From Scyliorhinus canicula (taxonomy: Eukaryota), in contig NC_052159.1 in NCBI RefSeq assembly GCF_902713615.1, forward strand, positions 90,868,520 to 90,932,519: a stretch of 64,000 bases of DNA. Reading direction: 5' to 3'. Both the position numbers and the translations under genes were made by a program. Each line of letters begins with the position of its first letter. The first letter of the stretch is position 1. Below are positions 37,080 to 50,971 of the stretch, piece by piece. The notes below the pieces were generated by a model. That model made no database searches. It saw only the letters and a program-made list of their open reading frames with translations, and was not told the origin of the DNA.

Positions 37080-40000
37080 ATGCCCACTTTCTAGATATAA
37101 ATGGTCATGATATAGTTGCAATTACAGAGACACGACTGCAATGTTACCAAGTGTGGGAACTGAACATCCATGGGTATTCATTATTTAGGAAGGACAGTTT
37201 GAAGGGGAAAGGAGGTGGGATAGTACTGTTAGCAAAGAAGGAAAACAACGCAATAGTGAGAATAGATATTGGTTCAGAAAAATTATGATGTAGAATCTGT
37301 ATGATATGTAAGGAACACCACAGAAAAACAATACAGAGGTAAAGAAAATGTTAATAGAAATAAAAGGATAGAAAATATTTGATGCACTAGGATGGCTTCC
37401 AGTTAATGGGCGCGATTCTCCGCTGCCCACGACGGGTCGGAGAATAGCGGGAGGGCCTTCCCGACATTTTTCCCGACCTCCCGCTATTCTCCCCCCCCAC
37501 GGCCGCCCCACGACACGAATCGCTGCTCGCCGTTTTTTACGGGGAACAGCGATTCTCCCCAGGCCGATGGGCCGAGTTCCCAGGCCTTTACGGCCGTTTT
37601 CACGAACGCAAACACACCTGCTCTCACCGTTCATGAAAACAGCTGCAAAGTGCCGTCTGGGACAACCATGGCACCGATTGGCACGGCCGCACCACGGCCG
37701 TGCCAAGGGTGGCATGGGCCTGCGATCGGTGGGCACCGATCACGGGCAGCGGGTCCGATACCCGCGCACTCTTTGTTCCTCCGCCGCCCCGCAGGATCAG
37801 TCCGTGGGGCGGCTGAGGGGCATGACGGCCCGCGCATGTGCGGGTTTGACGCATATGCGTGATGACGTCATCCGCGACGGTCGCTAAGCCCGCGATGCCG
37901 TGCTTCACGGGGCCGCGCTGCTAGCCCCGCCCGGGGGGGGAGAATCGGGTCCCGGGAGGGGGCGCGGAGGCTGCCGTGAAACACGGACAGTTTCACGGCA
38001 GCCTTTACGACTCTCCGCATTTGCGGAGAATCGCGCCCATTGTCTTTCTGGAGTTGGAGCTTTCATTCCGGTAATACTTCCTTCTGGTTTGAGATTTTTT
38101 TTTCTGGCATGATTGTCTACTTTCTCTGTCGATTCAAGACTAGTTTGTTACAACAAAAATGTGCCAGGCATTCACTGGTTTTAGAACAATAAAGCAGTTC
38201 TCTACTTCAGCAGCGAGAGAGATAGTGACCCTTTCACTTCCAAAATAAAAACACTTCTGCCAAGCTCTTTCAGAAAGCATCACACAGGAACCAATCACTG
38301 ACTGTTGTCAGGCAGAACGCTGTGCCTGGCTGACCCACAGCTTTCCAGCCAAACAATTGAACCATCTTCCTCCAAAGCTAGTTCCTAAGATTCACTTGGT
38401 ACTGACGAGTCTGCTTCTCCTCTCCAAAATACAAAACCTAGGAACACAATATCCTGACAAGCAGGCTGCTTCAGTTTGAGTCCTCTGTTTAAAGGTACAT
38501 TCTGAATATGGGTGTACAGACCAAAAATAATAAAAGAAAAGGAAATGGAAGCAAAGGAATAAACAGAAAGCACTCTTACAATACATTGAGGAACCAACCA
38601 GAGAACGGGCTCTTCCAGACTGGTGCTGTGCAAAGCAAAAGGATTATTTGGCAATCTTGTTATGTAGGGTCCCTTGGGAAAAAGCAACCATAAGATTATA
38701 GAATTCTTCATTAAGATGGAAAGTAAAGTAGTCAAATCCAAAATGAGGGGTCTGAATCTAAATAAAGAGAACAATGAGGGTATGAGGTGCGAATTGGCAA
38801 GGATAGTTCGGGGAACCTTCCGAAAGGGGCTGACGGTGGATAGGCAATGGTTGATATTTAAAGAACGTGTGCATGAATTACAACAAATATTCATTCCTGT
38901 CTGGCAATAAAATAAAATAGGAAAGGTGGCTCAACCAAGGCTTACAAAAGAAAGCGAAGATAATATTAAATCCAATAGGAGACATATAAAATTGCCAGTA
39001 AAAGTAGAAAGCCTGAGGATTGGTTACAGTTAGAATTCAGCAAAAGATGACAAAAATTTGTTCAAGGGGGGAAATTAGAGTATGAGTAAAATTGCTGCAA
39101 ACATAAAAAGTGGCCATAAAAGGGGAAAAGGTTAGTAACGATAAATGTAGGTCTCTGAATTGTCAGAAACCTTGGAAATTATAATGTGGAACAAAGAAAT
39201 GGCAGAAGAATTGAACATATACTTTGGTTGTGTCTTCACAAAAGAGGGCACAAATAACCTCCCAGAAATAAAAGGGAACCAAGGGTTTAGTGAGATGGTG
39301 GAGTTGAAGGGAATAAGTATTCGGAAGAAAATGGTGCTGGGGAAATTAATGGAGTTCAAGGCCTGATAATCTACACCCCAGAAAATTAAAGTGACCCTGG
39401 AAATATTGGATGTATTCTTGGTGTCTTCCAAAATTCTATAGACTCTTGAGCAGTTCCTACAGATTTGAGGGTGACAAATGTAATCTCACTATTTAAAAAG
39501 AGAGGGAGATAAAAAGAAAATGGTAGAATTACAGACCAGTTAGCCTGACATCAATAGTGCGGAAAATCTAGAATTTATTGTAAAGACGTGATAACAGAAC
39601 ATCTGGATTGCAGTAATGGGATTAGACAAAGCCAGCATGGGTTTAAAAAAGGCAAATCATGCTTAACTGGAGTTTTCTGTAGATGTAACTCGTTGAATAG
39701 ATAAGGGAGAACCAGTGGATGTGGTGTATTTAGACTTTCCGAAAGCTTTTGATAAGGTCCCTCAGAAGAGTTTAATGGACAAAATTAAAGCACATGGGGT
39801 AGGGGGTAATGTATTGGTATGGATCGAGGTTGGTTGAGAGACAAGAAACAGAGTGGGAATAAATGGATCTTTTACCGAATGTCAGGCAGTGACTATTGGG
39901 GAACCTCAGGAAACGGTGCGCAGACCCCCATTGATCATGATATTGGCCTTCATTGCAAGATGATTTGAGTTCAGAAGTAGAGGTGTCTTCCTGCAGTTAT

Positions 40001-40120
40001 ACAGTGTCTTGGCAAGACCTCACCAAGAGTATTGAATGCAGTTTCGTTCTCCCTATCTAAGAAAGGATATACTTGCCATAGAGGGAGTGCAGCGGAGGTT
40101 CACAAGATTGATACCACGGT
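37080..40120 (+). mobile_element. Degraded CR1 LINE ORF2, interrupted by a MITE and an LTR fragment
   Basis: GHDIVAITETRL...GYSLFRKD..GKGGG endonuclease remnant. RT remnants NYRPVSLTS and VDVVYLDFxKAFDKVP. C-terminal YLRKDILAIEGVQRRFTRLIP. Confidence 0.82.
37405..38041. mobile_element. GC-rich Harbinger-type MITE
   Basis: Perfect 19-bp inverted ends aatgggcgcgattctccgc (37405-37423) and gcggagaatcgcgcccatt (38023-38041). CpGs are retained. Confidence 0.88.
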
Positions 40121-43100
40121 TAGCGGAACCACCAGACAGTACCCCCGCACCCTTAGTCATACATTCGGTCTCCCAAAATCTTGAAAATGTGGCTCATTAT
40201 TATCCATATTTCAAATGTCCCACTTGTGATTACAGGTAAGAATGAATATACAGTAATGCAGGTACTTGTTTAATGTATTTTGTTGGCAAATTAAATATGA
40301 TGTAAGGTCTGAAGTTAACAGTAGATGGCCTCATGACACTATTTGATCTGAGTGGTTTTCAGGCTAGAAGAGGCTTTCACAGTGATACGGTTTTGATAAT
40401 TCTGCTAACTTGACATATTAGAAATAATTTAAGATTAGTTCTGGTTAATTCTAGATATAAGTATGCTGGCTATTTTTCTTTGTTTATGCAATTTATGATA
40501 CTGCTTTTGGTGAAGAATGAAGAAGTTACATTGTGAGCACATTGTGAGCTTTTTTTGATGAAAAATTCATTCATCTAATACATTCAGTGACAGGTGTATT
40601 TTAAATTATTTCATATTTGTAAAACCCAAATATCCCATGGAATTTAGCATTAATAGTTGCATTCACTGTGTCAATCCAGATAATATTGAATGAATTTCAG
40701 TGCTAACATATGATTATCGCAATGTAATATTGTTAACAGTTAACTTCTTAGAGCTGCGTTATCTTTAGCCCCCAGAAAGGGTAAATCTGCCTTTTGAACT
40801 TATTGTTAGAATAAAGCCTCAACTAAAAAGAAATTCTAAAATATTATAAGCATTTAATCAGCTATGCTAGTTAGCAATTGGATCTTAAGATAAATAGTCT
40901 TTAATTTAGAAGTTTTCAAACTAAACAAAATGATTGCAGGAAGAACATGTAACATATATTATAACAGAGCCGTCTCTCTAAGAGTTTCCTCCATCAGTAC
41001 TTAAGATCTTAAAATTAAGAATTCTACAAAATTTATAGGATTCATGAGGTTCATAGAATGAGACCACAACCTGTTTAATGATTCCTCTAATCCTTTATTT
41101 ATTTCAAGTATATATCTTAGATTATATTGCATTATTGCTTTTAATACTGCAAAGTGTAAATACAAGATATACTAATTCATCTAAAAATGCTAACTTCAAA
41201 CCTTGATTACACTTAAGAATAAAAATGGTTAAGATATTATTAAGATCTCACACTGGATATTTTTATAAAATATATATAGAGATATCCTCATGGCTATTAA
41301 TGAAATTTTACAAGACTTTTAAAATGGCTGAAGCTATGCCTGTCTGTGACCCTCAAACATCAAGAGCTACCAAGGTAGTATCATAGAATCTTGCACCACA
41401 TTAACTCTGAAAAGACTCTAATGACTCTCTGTGGTTTTCAGAGACCAAATTTGAAGAAAACTATACAAGAGTCATCTGCATTTTATAAGCCATGCTGGCC
41501 AAGTGGGTACATTCATCTGCTAGGACAAAGGACCCTGCAACCTTCCTTTTAAGAGTTAATGGGTGAAACCATCTTGCGAACCCAGACAGGCAATACACAC
41601 CCTTTGTTAAAGACACTGTGGCGAGGTGTGTGTCATGTGATGTGAATCTGTAGCTGGTGGAACCAGTTACATTGCCTTGCTGTTCTGCAATGCCAATCTG
41701 CCATTTTACCACCTACAAGCAGCCTCACAGAAAAGTGGCTCTGCCCAGTTTGAATACTTGATCCCATCTGTTTCTGCTGGAACTTCTGTACCATTGACCT
41801 ATAACAATGGTTGCCAACCTTTGTTCTGTCAGACACACCTCTATGCCATAAAAAGCTTTGAGGTACACCACTTATTTTCTCCAACTGAGCTGCCTGAAGC
41901 AAAAGCCTCAACACATCAAACCACCATTGAATACAACTCTCACTAGTTTAGGAATTTTAGAATGAAAGCCTCATCACCATTTTGCATGTAAAATACAATA
42001 TTTTTTATTGAAAATATACGCAATTTAAAAAAGTTTCCTATTTAAGATTTCAATTGTTTTCATTTTTTTTAAGTTTGCATAGTTTAAAAGATTTTTACCC
42101 TGCATTTCTCAAACTGCAAGTTCATAAATGAAGGAAATAATGTGAGCAACATCTTACTGACAACATTAATGTCTCACCTAGATGTGCCTCTGTGAACAGT
42201 CTGTTGATGCAGGTAGGGACTGATGATAAAGCAACTCACAAGTTTTGCTCCACTGACAGACACTCCTCCTTTTGGTTTTTTCGTAAGTCAGTGTTGAGAA
42301 CATAACTCAGGTAGGTTGTGGGAAACGTTAAGAGCGGCAGGTTATATTGTTCTGCATCTATTTCTTTGTCTACCTGTGAAAAAGTCTGCCACAGTTGGAT
42401 GTGGCAGTACCTGTAGATGTGATGAATGGAATCTTGTCACATGCACCCTGGCTAGCCTACTCTGGATGATATGAAGTATTACATGCTATAACTGAGGCAG
42501 GCTTTGGAAAAGATCATTCAACTGAATGATTAGTCACGCATCAGTTTTCACATCCATGTGAACCATCCATATCTATCTCCCAGTATTGGTCTCATAGATA
42601 TTTCAATGTCCTCACCACACTGTCGACAACTTCAAATATGAAAGACTTCATTGTGCATACTATTATTTCATAATTACATTGGGAGCTGCACTGATTATTA
42701 GAGTTGAAGGACATGAAAACAGAAGGGATTTACAAGAATCACAGTTTATGAACAGAGATCACTGATAATTCCTCCCTCCTCCCTATGGTACTCCATTCTC
42801 ATTCCAGCAACTCTGAGGCTTCATAGGGACCAAAGAATTGTTACAGCACAGGAGGAGGCCATTCAACCCATCGTGCCCGCACCTGCTTCCTGAAGGAACT
42901 ATTTCCAAATACCATTCTCCGACCTTCTCCCCATAGTCTGCACATTCACCCTTTCAGAAGATAATCCAATTCCCTCTTAAAAGACATAATCGAACCTTCC
43001 TCCAGCATACACTCAGGCAGCGTATTCCAGATCCTAATTATTCACTGCATGAAACATCCTCTCAGGATCCACCCTGTCAAGCCCCTATCAGAATCTTCTA

Positions 43101-43139
43101 TATTTCTATCGGCCAAAGCTGTTAAAATAAAAAGAAGAA

Positions 43140-43295
43140 AAACTTTATTGGCACGTATCTACATTTAGCGAACAAAAGGTTAGATGAGGGTCCGGGCTGG
43201 GGCAGGGGTGTCGGCCTAGGTGGGGTGCTCTTTCGGAATATCTGTGCAGATTTGATGAACCAAATTGCCTCTTTCTGCACTGTAGAGTTTCTATG
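43140..43295 (+). mobile_element. HE1 SINE 3' fragment
   Basis: ggcctaggtggggtgctcttt...gcctctttctgcactgtagagtttcta. Confidence 0.65.
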
Positions 43296-44335
43296 AACTT
43301 CCGTTCCCTGGGCAGGATGCACTTAGACACTGCAGTGACCCCAGATGACGTGCTGGGAGACCCCTCCCTGCTGTGAGTCCCCACGCAAGGACTGCATGGG
43401 AATTACCCGTGATGTTTAAACATCTGATGGGCAATAACCGTGCACTGGGAACCAACTGATATATTGATTTACATTGGATGGTTACAACTCTCTAAGCAGA
43501 GTGGTTACATGAAAAAGTTGGAAGTTAAAACCACTTCTGACTCCTTGATAAATATGGTACTGACCCCCACAATCTCCCACTAGTCTCTTTCTACACATCT
43601 GATCAACTAACACCACCCCCATGACCAATATCCATGTCTAGCACCCCGCCCCGCCCCCCGGCTACTACCCCACACCCTTACACACCCTAACAATCCCTCA
43701 CACCCACACCTGCCCTCCTAAACCCTCAAATACCCGCCACCAAATGATTACTCAGCCAAACCCCAAACTTTATCCCCTTCTCCCTGAAAATCCCACAAAC
43801 AACCCACCTTTTCTACCCGGTAACCCCCAAGTACCCTCCCAACTAACTGATCACCCCACAAATACCCCCCATGCTTGATTACTCCTGAACTCCTGTCTAC
43901 CCCCAATACGTCAACTATCTCCAACTGTTCCTCCAACTACTCTCTCCCCCTCCAGACTTCTCTCCTGACTCACCCAACTACTGTCCCAACCACCTGTCTA
44001 CCCCTACACCCTTCAACCCCCCCCACTGATTACCCTCTTGACAACCCTAACCCCTCACCCATGTAACTTAAGACACTTACCTTCTCCCTGGTTCTCAAAT
44101 TAGCTGGGACCTTTGAACCTACCTGCTTTACAGCAGCTAGTATTGTAAAAAGAGGGCTTGGCTTCATTTCCCCTGAAAATAATGCCCTGCATTGGAAGAA
44201 GTCCGGAGCAACTGCACATTTCTCTGTGGGCCAGGGTTGGAAAATCGGGTGAGAAACATGCATCCCCTGATCTGTTTTCGTGAAAAAGACTGGCATTCCA
44301 ATGATGATTACCACTCCACGGAATTTCTGGGCTAT
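43295..44335. mobile_element. TIR element with C-rich core, inverted relative of 1496-2731
   Basis: Left aacttcc..., right ggaatttctgggc. The C-rich low-complexity interior mirrors the G-rich core of the first copy. Confidence 0.5.
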
Positions 44336-45408
44336 GGTTTCACGACAAATTAAAGTGTGCCTAGTTACTCTTTGCTGTACCACATTTTGGGCTGAATAAT
44401 GAGCACAGCCATTTGGCTTTCAATAGTTACCTTGTTAATATTGGCTGAGTTTACACTCCAGCTATAAAGCAATCTAGATTTTTTCCTTTAACTACAATCA
44501 CAGACAATTGTCTTGTCTGATATATTGTATATTGATTTGGACATTTGTTTTCCCAAATACTGACAATGGTTGTCCAGAATAACTTTACCGTAAAATGTTT
44601 ATTTTGTAAAGTAATATTCTTAAACCTTTTCCAACCCATGCAGGTTTAAATGTTTCCACTGTTTTTATGGAAACGTAACATAAATTCTGGCCTTTGATTC
44701 TTCACCAATGAAAACAAGTCCAGTTCTAAAAATTTCTATTTACAACTTAAAATCTTTCTTGTCATTACTTACTGAAACCATTTCATTGCATTACTGTTGA
44801 ACCTGGTTGCCAAAGCACCTTCAAGGTTAGAATAAATCATTGTAATTCTTGGATTGATTATTGATTTAATGTCTCTTCTGTTTTGCTAGATTCTAACACC
44901 AAATCATGATAGCAATTTAATGTATTCCAGGTTAAATCCCAAATCTTGCAAAGTTAGCAAATTTCATAACTTTGACCACAGTCAAATCAGCTATGATTTC
45001 CATTCTTAATTAGTATCCAATGTTTTCTGTTGTGAAGTGCATGTTTGTGGACTTTGCACTGGGGCGATCAGTCTTAGATATAATTCTTCATGCAATAAAG
45101 TAACCTACTGACCTCACAGTCCAAGGGTATGCATTAAGAATGGATTAACTTGATTGCATACCAGCAGACTGCTGATGCTGATGCTATTGGAATGGAGAAT
45201 CTTTAGAGAGGAGCATTAAAGAGAAAAAGTTAGTATAAAAACTTGTTTTAACTTGTAATTACGAGCCTCAAGATACAGCCAATTAATCAATAACGTGTAA
45301 TGAAAAATATTAGCTGGACTTAATGCTTTGGCTGAATGATTAATGATCTTAACAAAATTATTTTCCTTTCTGCCTTAGTTGATGTACATCCTTCAGTTTG
45401 CACATATG

Positions 45409-45979
45409 GGGCTGGATTCTCCATTTCAGGGACTATGTCCCCACACCGTCGTGAAAACTGTGGTCTTTTATGCCAGAAAAACCGGTGCCGAAAGGCCACA
45501 GATTCACAGCCTTGCATGGGCTAGCAGGCAGCTGTCATGGAGCTCGCAGCTCCAGCTGCCGATACAGCCCCCGCGCGTCCGGGTCAGAGGCCGCACATGC
45601 GCACGCCGGCGGCCTCTAGCGGCCATGCCTTGCTCAATTGTGGACTCAGACCGCGGACCTGGTCCGCGGAAATAGTGCCCCGCATCGGCTGCTTGCCCGG
45701 CCCGGACCACCCGCACAAAAAAAGCCTAGTCCCAAATGAGGCCCCCCTGCTTCCGATCGGTCCTCCCCAAACTCTGGCAGCCCCGGACTGAGTCCGCAGC
45801 CGGGTGGGTATCATGGATGGTGGGTCCGTGATACCCACTCTACATCCCCGAGTATGCCGCTTTTAGGGGGGGGGCGGAGAATCGCTGAAACAGCGCCGGT
45901 CCCGATTTCATGCGGGAAACTGCATTCCCGCTCCATCGCCAAATGTGATTTTGGCATCGGGGTGCAGAGAATCCAGCCC
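45409..45979. mobile_element. GC-rich Harbinger-type MITE
   Basis: Perfect 13-bp TIRs gggctggattctc and gagaatccagccc. Confidence 0.85.
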
Positions 45980-46440
45980 ATGTTTCCTGTTGTATTATGC
46001 ATGATGTTACAATAATCCACGGTTAAATCTATGTACACTTCGGGGAATTGTTTTAGTGCATTGGTGTACCCTTCAACCATGGTGCCTTATATTCATCTCT
46101 TGCCAGCTCTTTCTCTCCATTGTCCATGATAAAGCAGGATAATATCATAGGATTATAGAATGGTGACAGCACAGAAAGAGTTAATTCAGCCCATCATGTC
46201 CATGCTATCTCTCTGCAAGACCGATTCAGCTAGTTCCACTTCCCTGCCTTTAACATGTAGCTCTACAATATTTTTTCTCTTCAGGTAATTATCCAAATCT
46301 CTTTCGAAAGCCACATTTAATTCGCCTTTGCCACACTCTCAGACCGTGTACTCCAGTTTATAACCATTTACTGCATTAAAAAGCTGTTCCTCATGTTCCC
46401 ACCATTTTTATTGCAATTCACCTTGCAATTCACCTTGCAA

Positions 46441-47836
46441 TTACGGCCCGGTGGCCCTGACATCAGTTGTAATGAAGTGCTTCGAGAGGCTGATCATGAA
46501 GCGCATCACCTCCATACACCCAGAACGCCTTGGCCCACTTCAATTCGCATACCGTCGCAACCGGTCCACATCAGACGCCATTTCCCTGGCCCTACACCCA
46601 TCCCTAGAGCATCTCGAAAACAAGGACTCCTATATCAGACTCCTATTTATTGACTACAGCTCCGCCTTCAACACCATAATCCCAGTCAAGCTCATGCCAA
46701 AGCTCCAAAACCTAGGACTTGGCTCTACACTCTGCAACTGGATCCTTGACTTTCTGACCAACAGACCACAATCAGTAAGAATGAACACCAACACCTCCTC
46801 CACAATAGTCCTCAATACTGGTGCCCCACAAGGCTGCGTGCTTAGCCCCCTGCTCTACTCCCTGTACACACACGCCTGCGTGGCAAAACTTGGTTCCAAC
46901 TCCATCTACAAGTTTGCTGATGATACGACCATAGTGGGCCGGATCTCGAATAACGACAAGTCAGAATACAGGAGGGAGATAAAGAACCTAGTGGAGTGGT
47001 GTAACGACAACAATCTCTCCCTCAATGCCAGCAAAACTAAAAAGCAGGTCATTGACTTCAGGAAGCAAAGTACTGTACACATCCCTGTCAGCATCAACGT
47101 GGCCGAGGTGGAGATGGTTAGCAGTTTCAAATTCCTAGGGGTGCACATCACCAAAAATCTGTCCTGGTCCACTCACGTCGACGCTACCACCAAGAAAGCA
47201 CAACAGCGCCTATACTTCCTCAGGAAAGTAAGGAAATTCGGCATGTCCTCATTAACCCTTACGAACTTTTACAGATGCACTATAGAAAGCATCCTATCGG
47301 GCTGCATCACAGCCTGGTATAGCAACTGCTCGGCCCAGGACCGCAAGGAACTTCAGAGAGTCGTGAATACCATCCAGTCCATCACACGAACCTGCCTCCC
47401 ATCCATTGACTCCATCTACACCTCCCGCTGCCGAGGGAAAGCAGGCAGCATAATCAAGGATCCCTCCCACCCGGCTTACTCACTTTTCCAACTTCTTCCA
47501 TTGGGCAGGAGATACAGAAGTCAGAGAACACGCATGAACAGACTCAAAAACAGCTTCTTCCCCACTGTCACCAGACTCCTAAATGACCCTCTTATTGACT
47601 GACCTCATTAACACTACCCCCTGTATGCTTCAACCGATGCCAATGCTAATGTAGTTACATTGTATATCTTGTGTTGCCCTATTATGTATTCTCATGTATT
47701 TTCTTGTGTTTTCTTGAATTTTGTTTAATTCCCTTTTCTTCCATGTACTGAATGATCTGTTGAGCTGCTTGCAGAAAAATACATTTCACTGTACCTCGGT
47801 ACACGTGACAATAAACAAATCCAATCCAATCCAAAT
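46441..47836 (+). mobile_element. Rex1/Babar LINE, 5'-truncated, with intact RT frame (46451-47602)
   Basis: [44 protein letters not shown] and C-terminal FYRCTIES. 3' tail gtgacaataaacaaat(ccaat)n. Inserted into a minus-strand CR1 remnant. Confidence 0.95.
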
Positions 47837-47927
47837 CTGTGTTCCCTCATCTCAATCCTTCTGCCAATGGGAACAGTTTCTATCTATCTACTCTGTCTAG
47901 AACCCCTCATGATTTTGAGCACCTCAT

Positions 47928-48265
47928 TAGAATCACAGAATCATAGAATTTACAGTACAAAAGGAGGCCATTCGGCCCATCAAGTCTGCACCGGCCCTTG
48001 GAAAGAGCACCACTTAAGCCCACGCTTCCACCTCATTCCCGTTACCCAGTAAACCCACCTAACCTTTGGACACTAAGTGGGAATTTAGCATGGCCAATTC
48101 ACCTAACCTGCACATCTTTGGACTGTGGGAGGAAACCGGAGCACCCGATGGAAACCCATGCAGACATGGGGAGAAAGTGCAAACTCCACACTGACAGTCA
48201 CCTGAGACCGGAATTGAACCCGGGACCCAGGAGCTGTGAGGCAGAAGTGCTAACCACCGTGCCAC
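47928..48265 (-). mobile_element. HE1 SINE
   Basis: Reverse head, V-domain and CR1 tail. Confidence 0.88.
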
Positions 48266-48399
48266 TGAGCTATTCCTGGACAACCCCATTATATAAATTC
48301 CTCAAGTCCAGAAAGAGGAACAATTCATTGCCACTCTCTGTCACTCCACCAACTTTGTATCCATGTTTCCACTGTCCCTTTGATTCCATGAGCTTTAAC

Positions 48400-48760
48400 T
48401 TTGTTGTCAAGATTAGGTGATTTTATCAAAGGCCATTTGAAAGTCCCACATCAACCATATTACCCTCATCAATTCTCTTTTCCCTCATTAAAAAACTTAA
48501 CCAAGTTAGTTAAACATGATTTGCCTTAAACCAATGCTGGCTTTTCTTAGTTAATGCATGCATGTGCAATTAACTGTTCATTTAGCCCTAGATTATCAAT
48601 TCTAAAAGATTTCCTACCACAGAGATGAAACGAACAGGCCTGTAGTTGCTGGATTTTATTGGTAGACCATTTTTGGAACAAGAGCATTTGCAATTCTCCA
48701 GGTCTTTGGCACCACCTTGCATCTAACATGTATTGGAAGATTATGGCCAGTTTCAATGCC
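48400..48760 (-). mobile_element. CR1 RT fragment
   Basis: Reverse-strand DFQMAFDK-like and GKSCLTNL motifs. Confidence 0.65.
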
Positions 48761-49680
48761 CATTAGAAATCTTGTTAACTCTCTGAACATGTTGAGAAGG
48801 TTTGAGGGTCCGGAAAATACTTATTCCTTTTAGTGGCAAGATGAAAGATCCCAGTAATACAAAGTAGAAAAGAAAGTTGGTGTAACAATTCCAGATCTAA
48901 ATTTGTCTCGGTTCTCTCAGGCTGACAATCATAGAAGACTCATAAATCACGATGGACCTTAAGTTCCTCATAATTCACTCTCATTCTAGCATTGTAGATT
49001 TGAAGATGCACGTTAGGGCCTCGCAGATGTCCCAACATATTAATTTGTTCGCTGAAAGTGCGCTGCTTTCAAACATCTGACTCAGGATTTCTTTTACTGC
49101 CCAGCTGACCCCGCTACGCTGTAGTGCTTCAATTTCACTTAATGGGACAGTGCTATCTTCACCTAGATGCCCCACTGTGAGGCAAGCATTTAAGTTGATT
49201 TCTTCAGACACCTTTAATTCTTGGTCTAACTGCAGCGAAGGGAGCCAGGAGACAGTTTGGAAAGATTCTTTAAGTGAGTGAATATTTTGTATGTTTAAAA
49301 GACGTTGAAGGTGTATGCAATATGCAGGAACTGTAAGTAAGATAGAAATACTAATATTTTTACAACTTTGTCATGCAATTCTGCCGTTAGTTCCATTAAA
49401 AAGTGCTTTCATCTTTAACAAGGCAGGTTTGAATCATGGAGGTGTTTGTAATAAGCTTCAGCTAAAGTTATTTTGTAAAATTTGTGTTAATGATGCATTT
49501 TAATGCAACATAATGTGTTCCAGTTTCAAGATGCAATGTTGATCCTGAGAAGCCTTTTAAATAGTAAATATGTGAGAAACAGTTCTGCATTTTCTGTAAC
49601 AAGAATGTAATTTGGCCCTTCCAAATGCTTTAGGAAAGCATAATGCTTAAAAGGACATCTGAAAGCCTCCCGTAAGGTGA

Positions 49681-50506
49681 TGTAACGACGAGCCAGAATA
49701 CAGGAGGGAGATAGAGAAACTAGTGGAGTGGTGCAGTGACAACAATCTCTCTCTCAATGCCAGCAAAACTAAAGAGCTGGTCATTGACTTCAGGAAGCAA
49801 AGTACTGTACACACCCCTGTCCGCATCAACGGGGCCGATCTGGAAGTGGTTAGCAGTTTCAAATTCCTAAGGGTGCACATCTCCAAAAATCTATCCTGGT
49901 CCACCCACGTCGACACTACCACCAAGAAAGCACAACAGCGCCTATACTTCCTCAGGAAACTAAGGAAATTCGGCATGTCCACATTAACCCTTAACAACTT
50001 TTCCAGATGCACCATAGAAAGCATCCTATCAGACTGCATCACAGCCTGGTATGGCGACTGCTCGGCCCAGGACCGCAAGGAACTTTAGCGAGTCGTGAAC
50101 ACCTCCCAGTCAATCACACAAACCTGCCTCCCATCCATTGACTCCATTTACACCTCCCACTGCCTGGGGAAAGCGGGCAGCATAATCAAAGACCCCTCCC
50201 ACCAGGCTTACTCACTTTTCCAACTTCTTCCATCGAACTGCATGAACAGACTCAAAAACAGCTTCTTCCCCGCTGTTACCAGACTCCTAAATGACCCTCT
50301 TATGGACTGACCTCATTAACACTACCCCCCTGTATGCTTCATCCGATGCTGATGTCTATGTATTTACATTGTGTTCCCCATTATGTATTTTCGTTTATTC
50401 CCTTTTCTCCCCATGTACTTAATGATCTGTTGAGCTGCTCGCAGAAAAATACTTTTCACTGTACCTCGGTACACGTGACAATAAACAAATCCAATCCAAT
50501 CCAATC
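49681..50506 (+). mobile_element. Rex1/Babar LINE 3' fragment
   Basis: Highly similar to the 3' part of 46441-47836, with one stop and a deletion; (ccaat)n tail. Confidence 0.93.
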
Positions 50507-50719
50507 TGAACTAACTCGCTAATGGGTATTCTCTGGTGCAGATTGCAAACTTGATCTCTGGTCATGTTTAACCCCTGGTACATCCCAATTTCTGCTTTGC
50601 TTATTGGAACCACTGTACTTATGTTGAGGGCTCAACGTCAGTGCAGGGATCATGAGAGGGGACCAAGCAACATGATGTCAGAGAAACTGTGATTAAAGAG
50701 ACTACGCTTAGGACCAGAG

Positions 50720-50965
50720 ATTCTTGACAGTGGTGAAGGAGGTCATTCACCCAAGTCTGCACTGACTGTCTGAAAGAGCATTCTACCTAGGCCCACTCCC
50801 CTGCCCTATCCCCGTAATGCCACCTAATCCTGCACACCTTTGAGCAATAAGTGGATGTTTTTTTTTTGCACAGCTAATCAATCTAACTTGTTCATTTTAG
50901 ACTGTGGGAGGTAACTGGAGCACCTGGAGAAAATCCATGCAGACACGGGGAGAACGTACAAACTT
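50720..50965 (-). mobile_element. HE1 SINE (degraded)
   Basis: gactgtgggagg...gagcacctggag...gcagacacggggagaacg. Confidence 0.75.
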
Positions 50966-50971
50966 CAGCAA

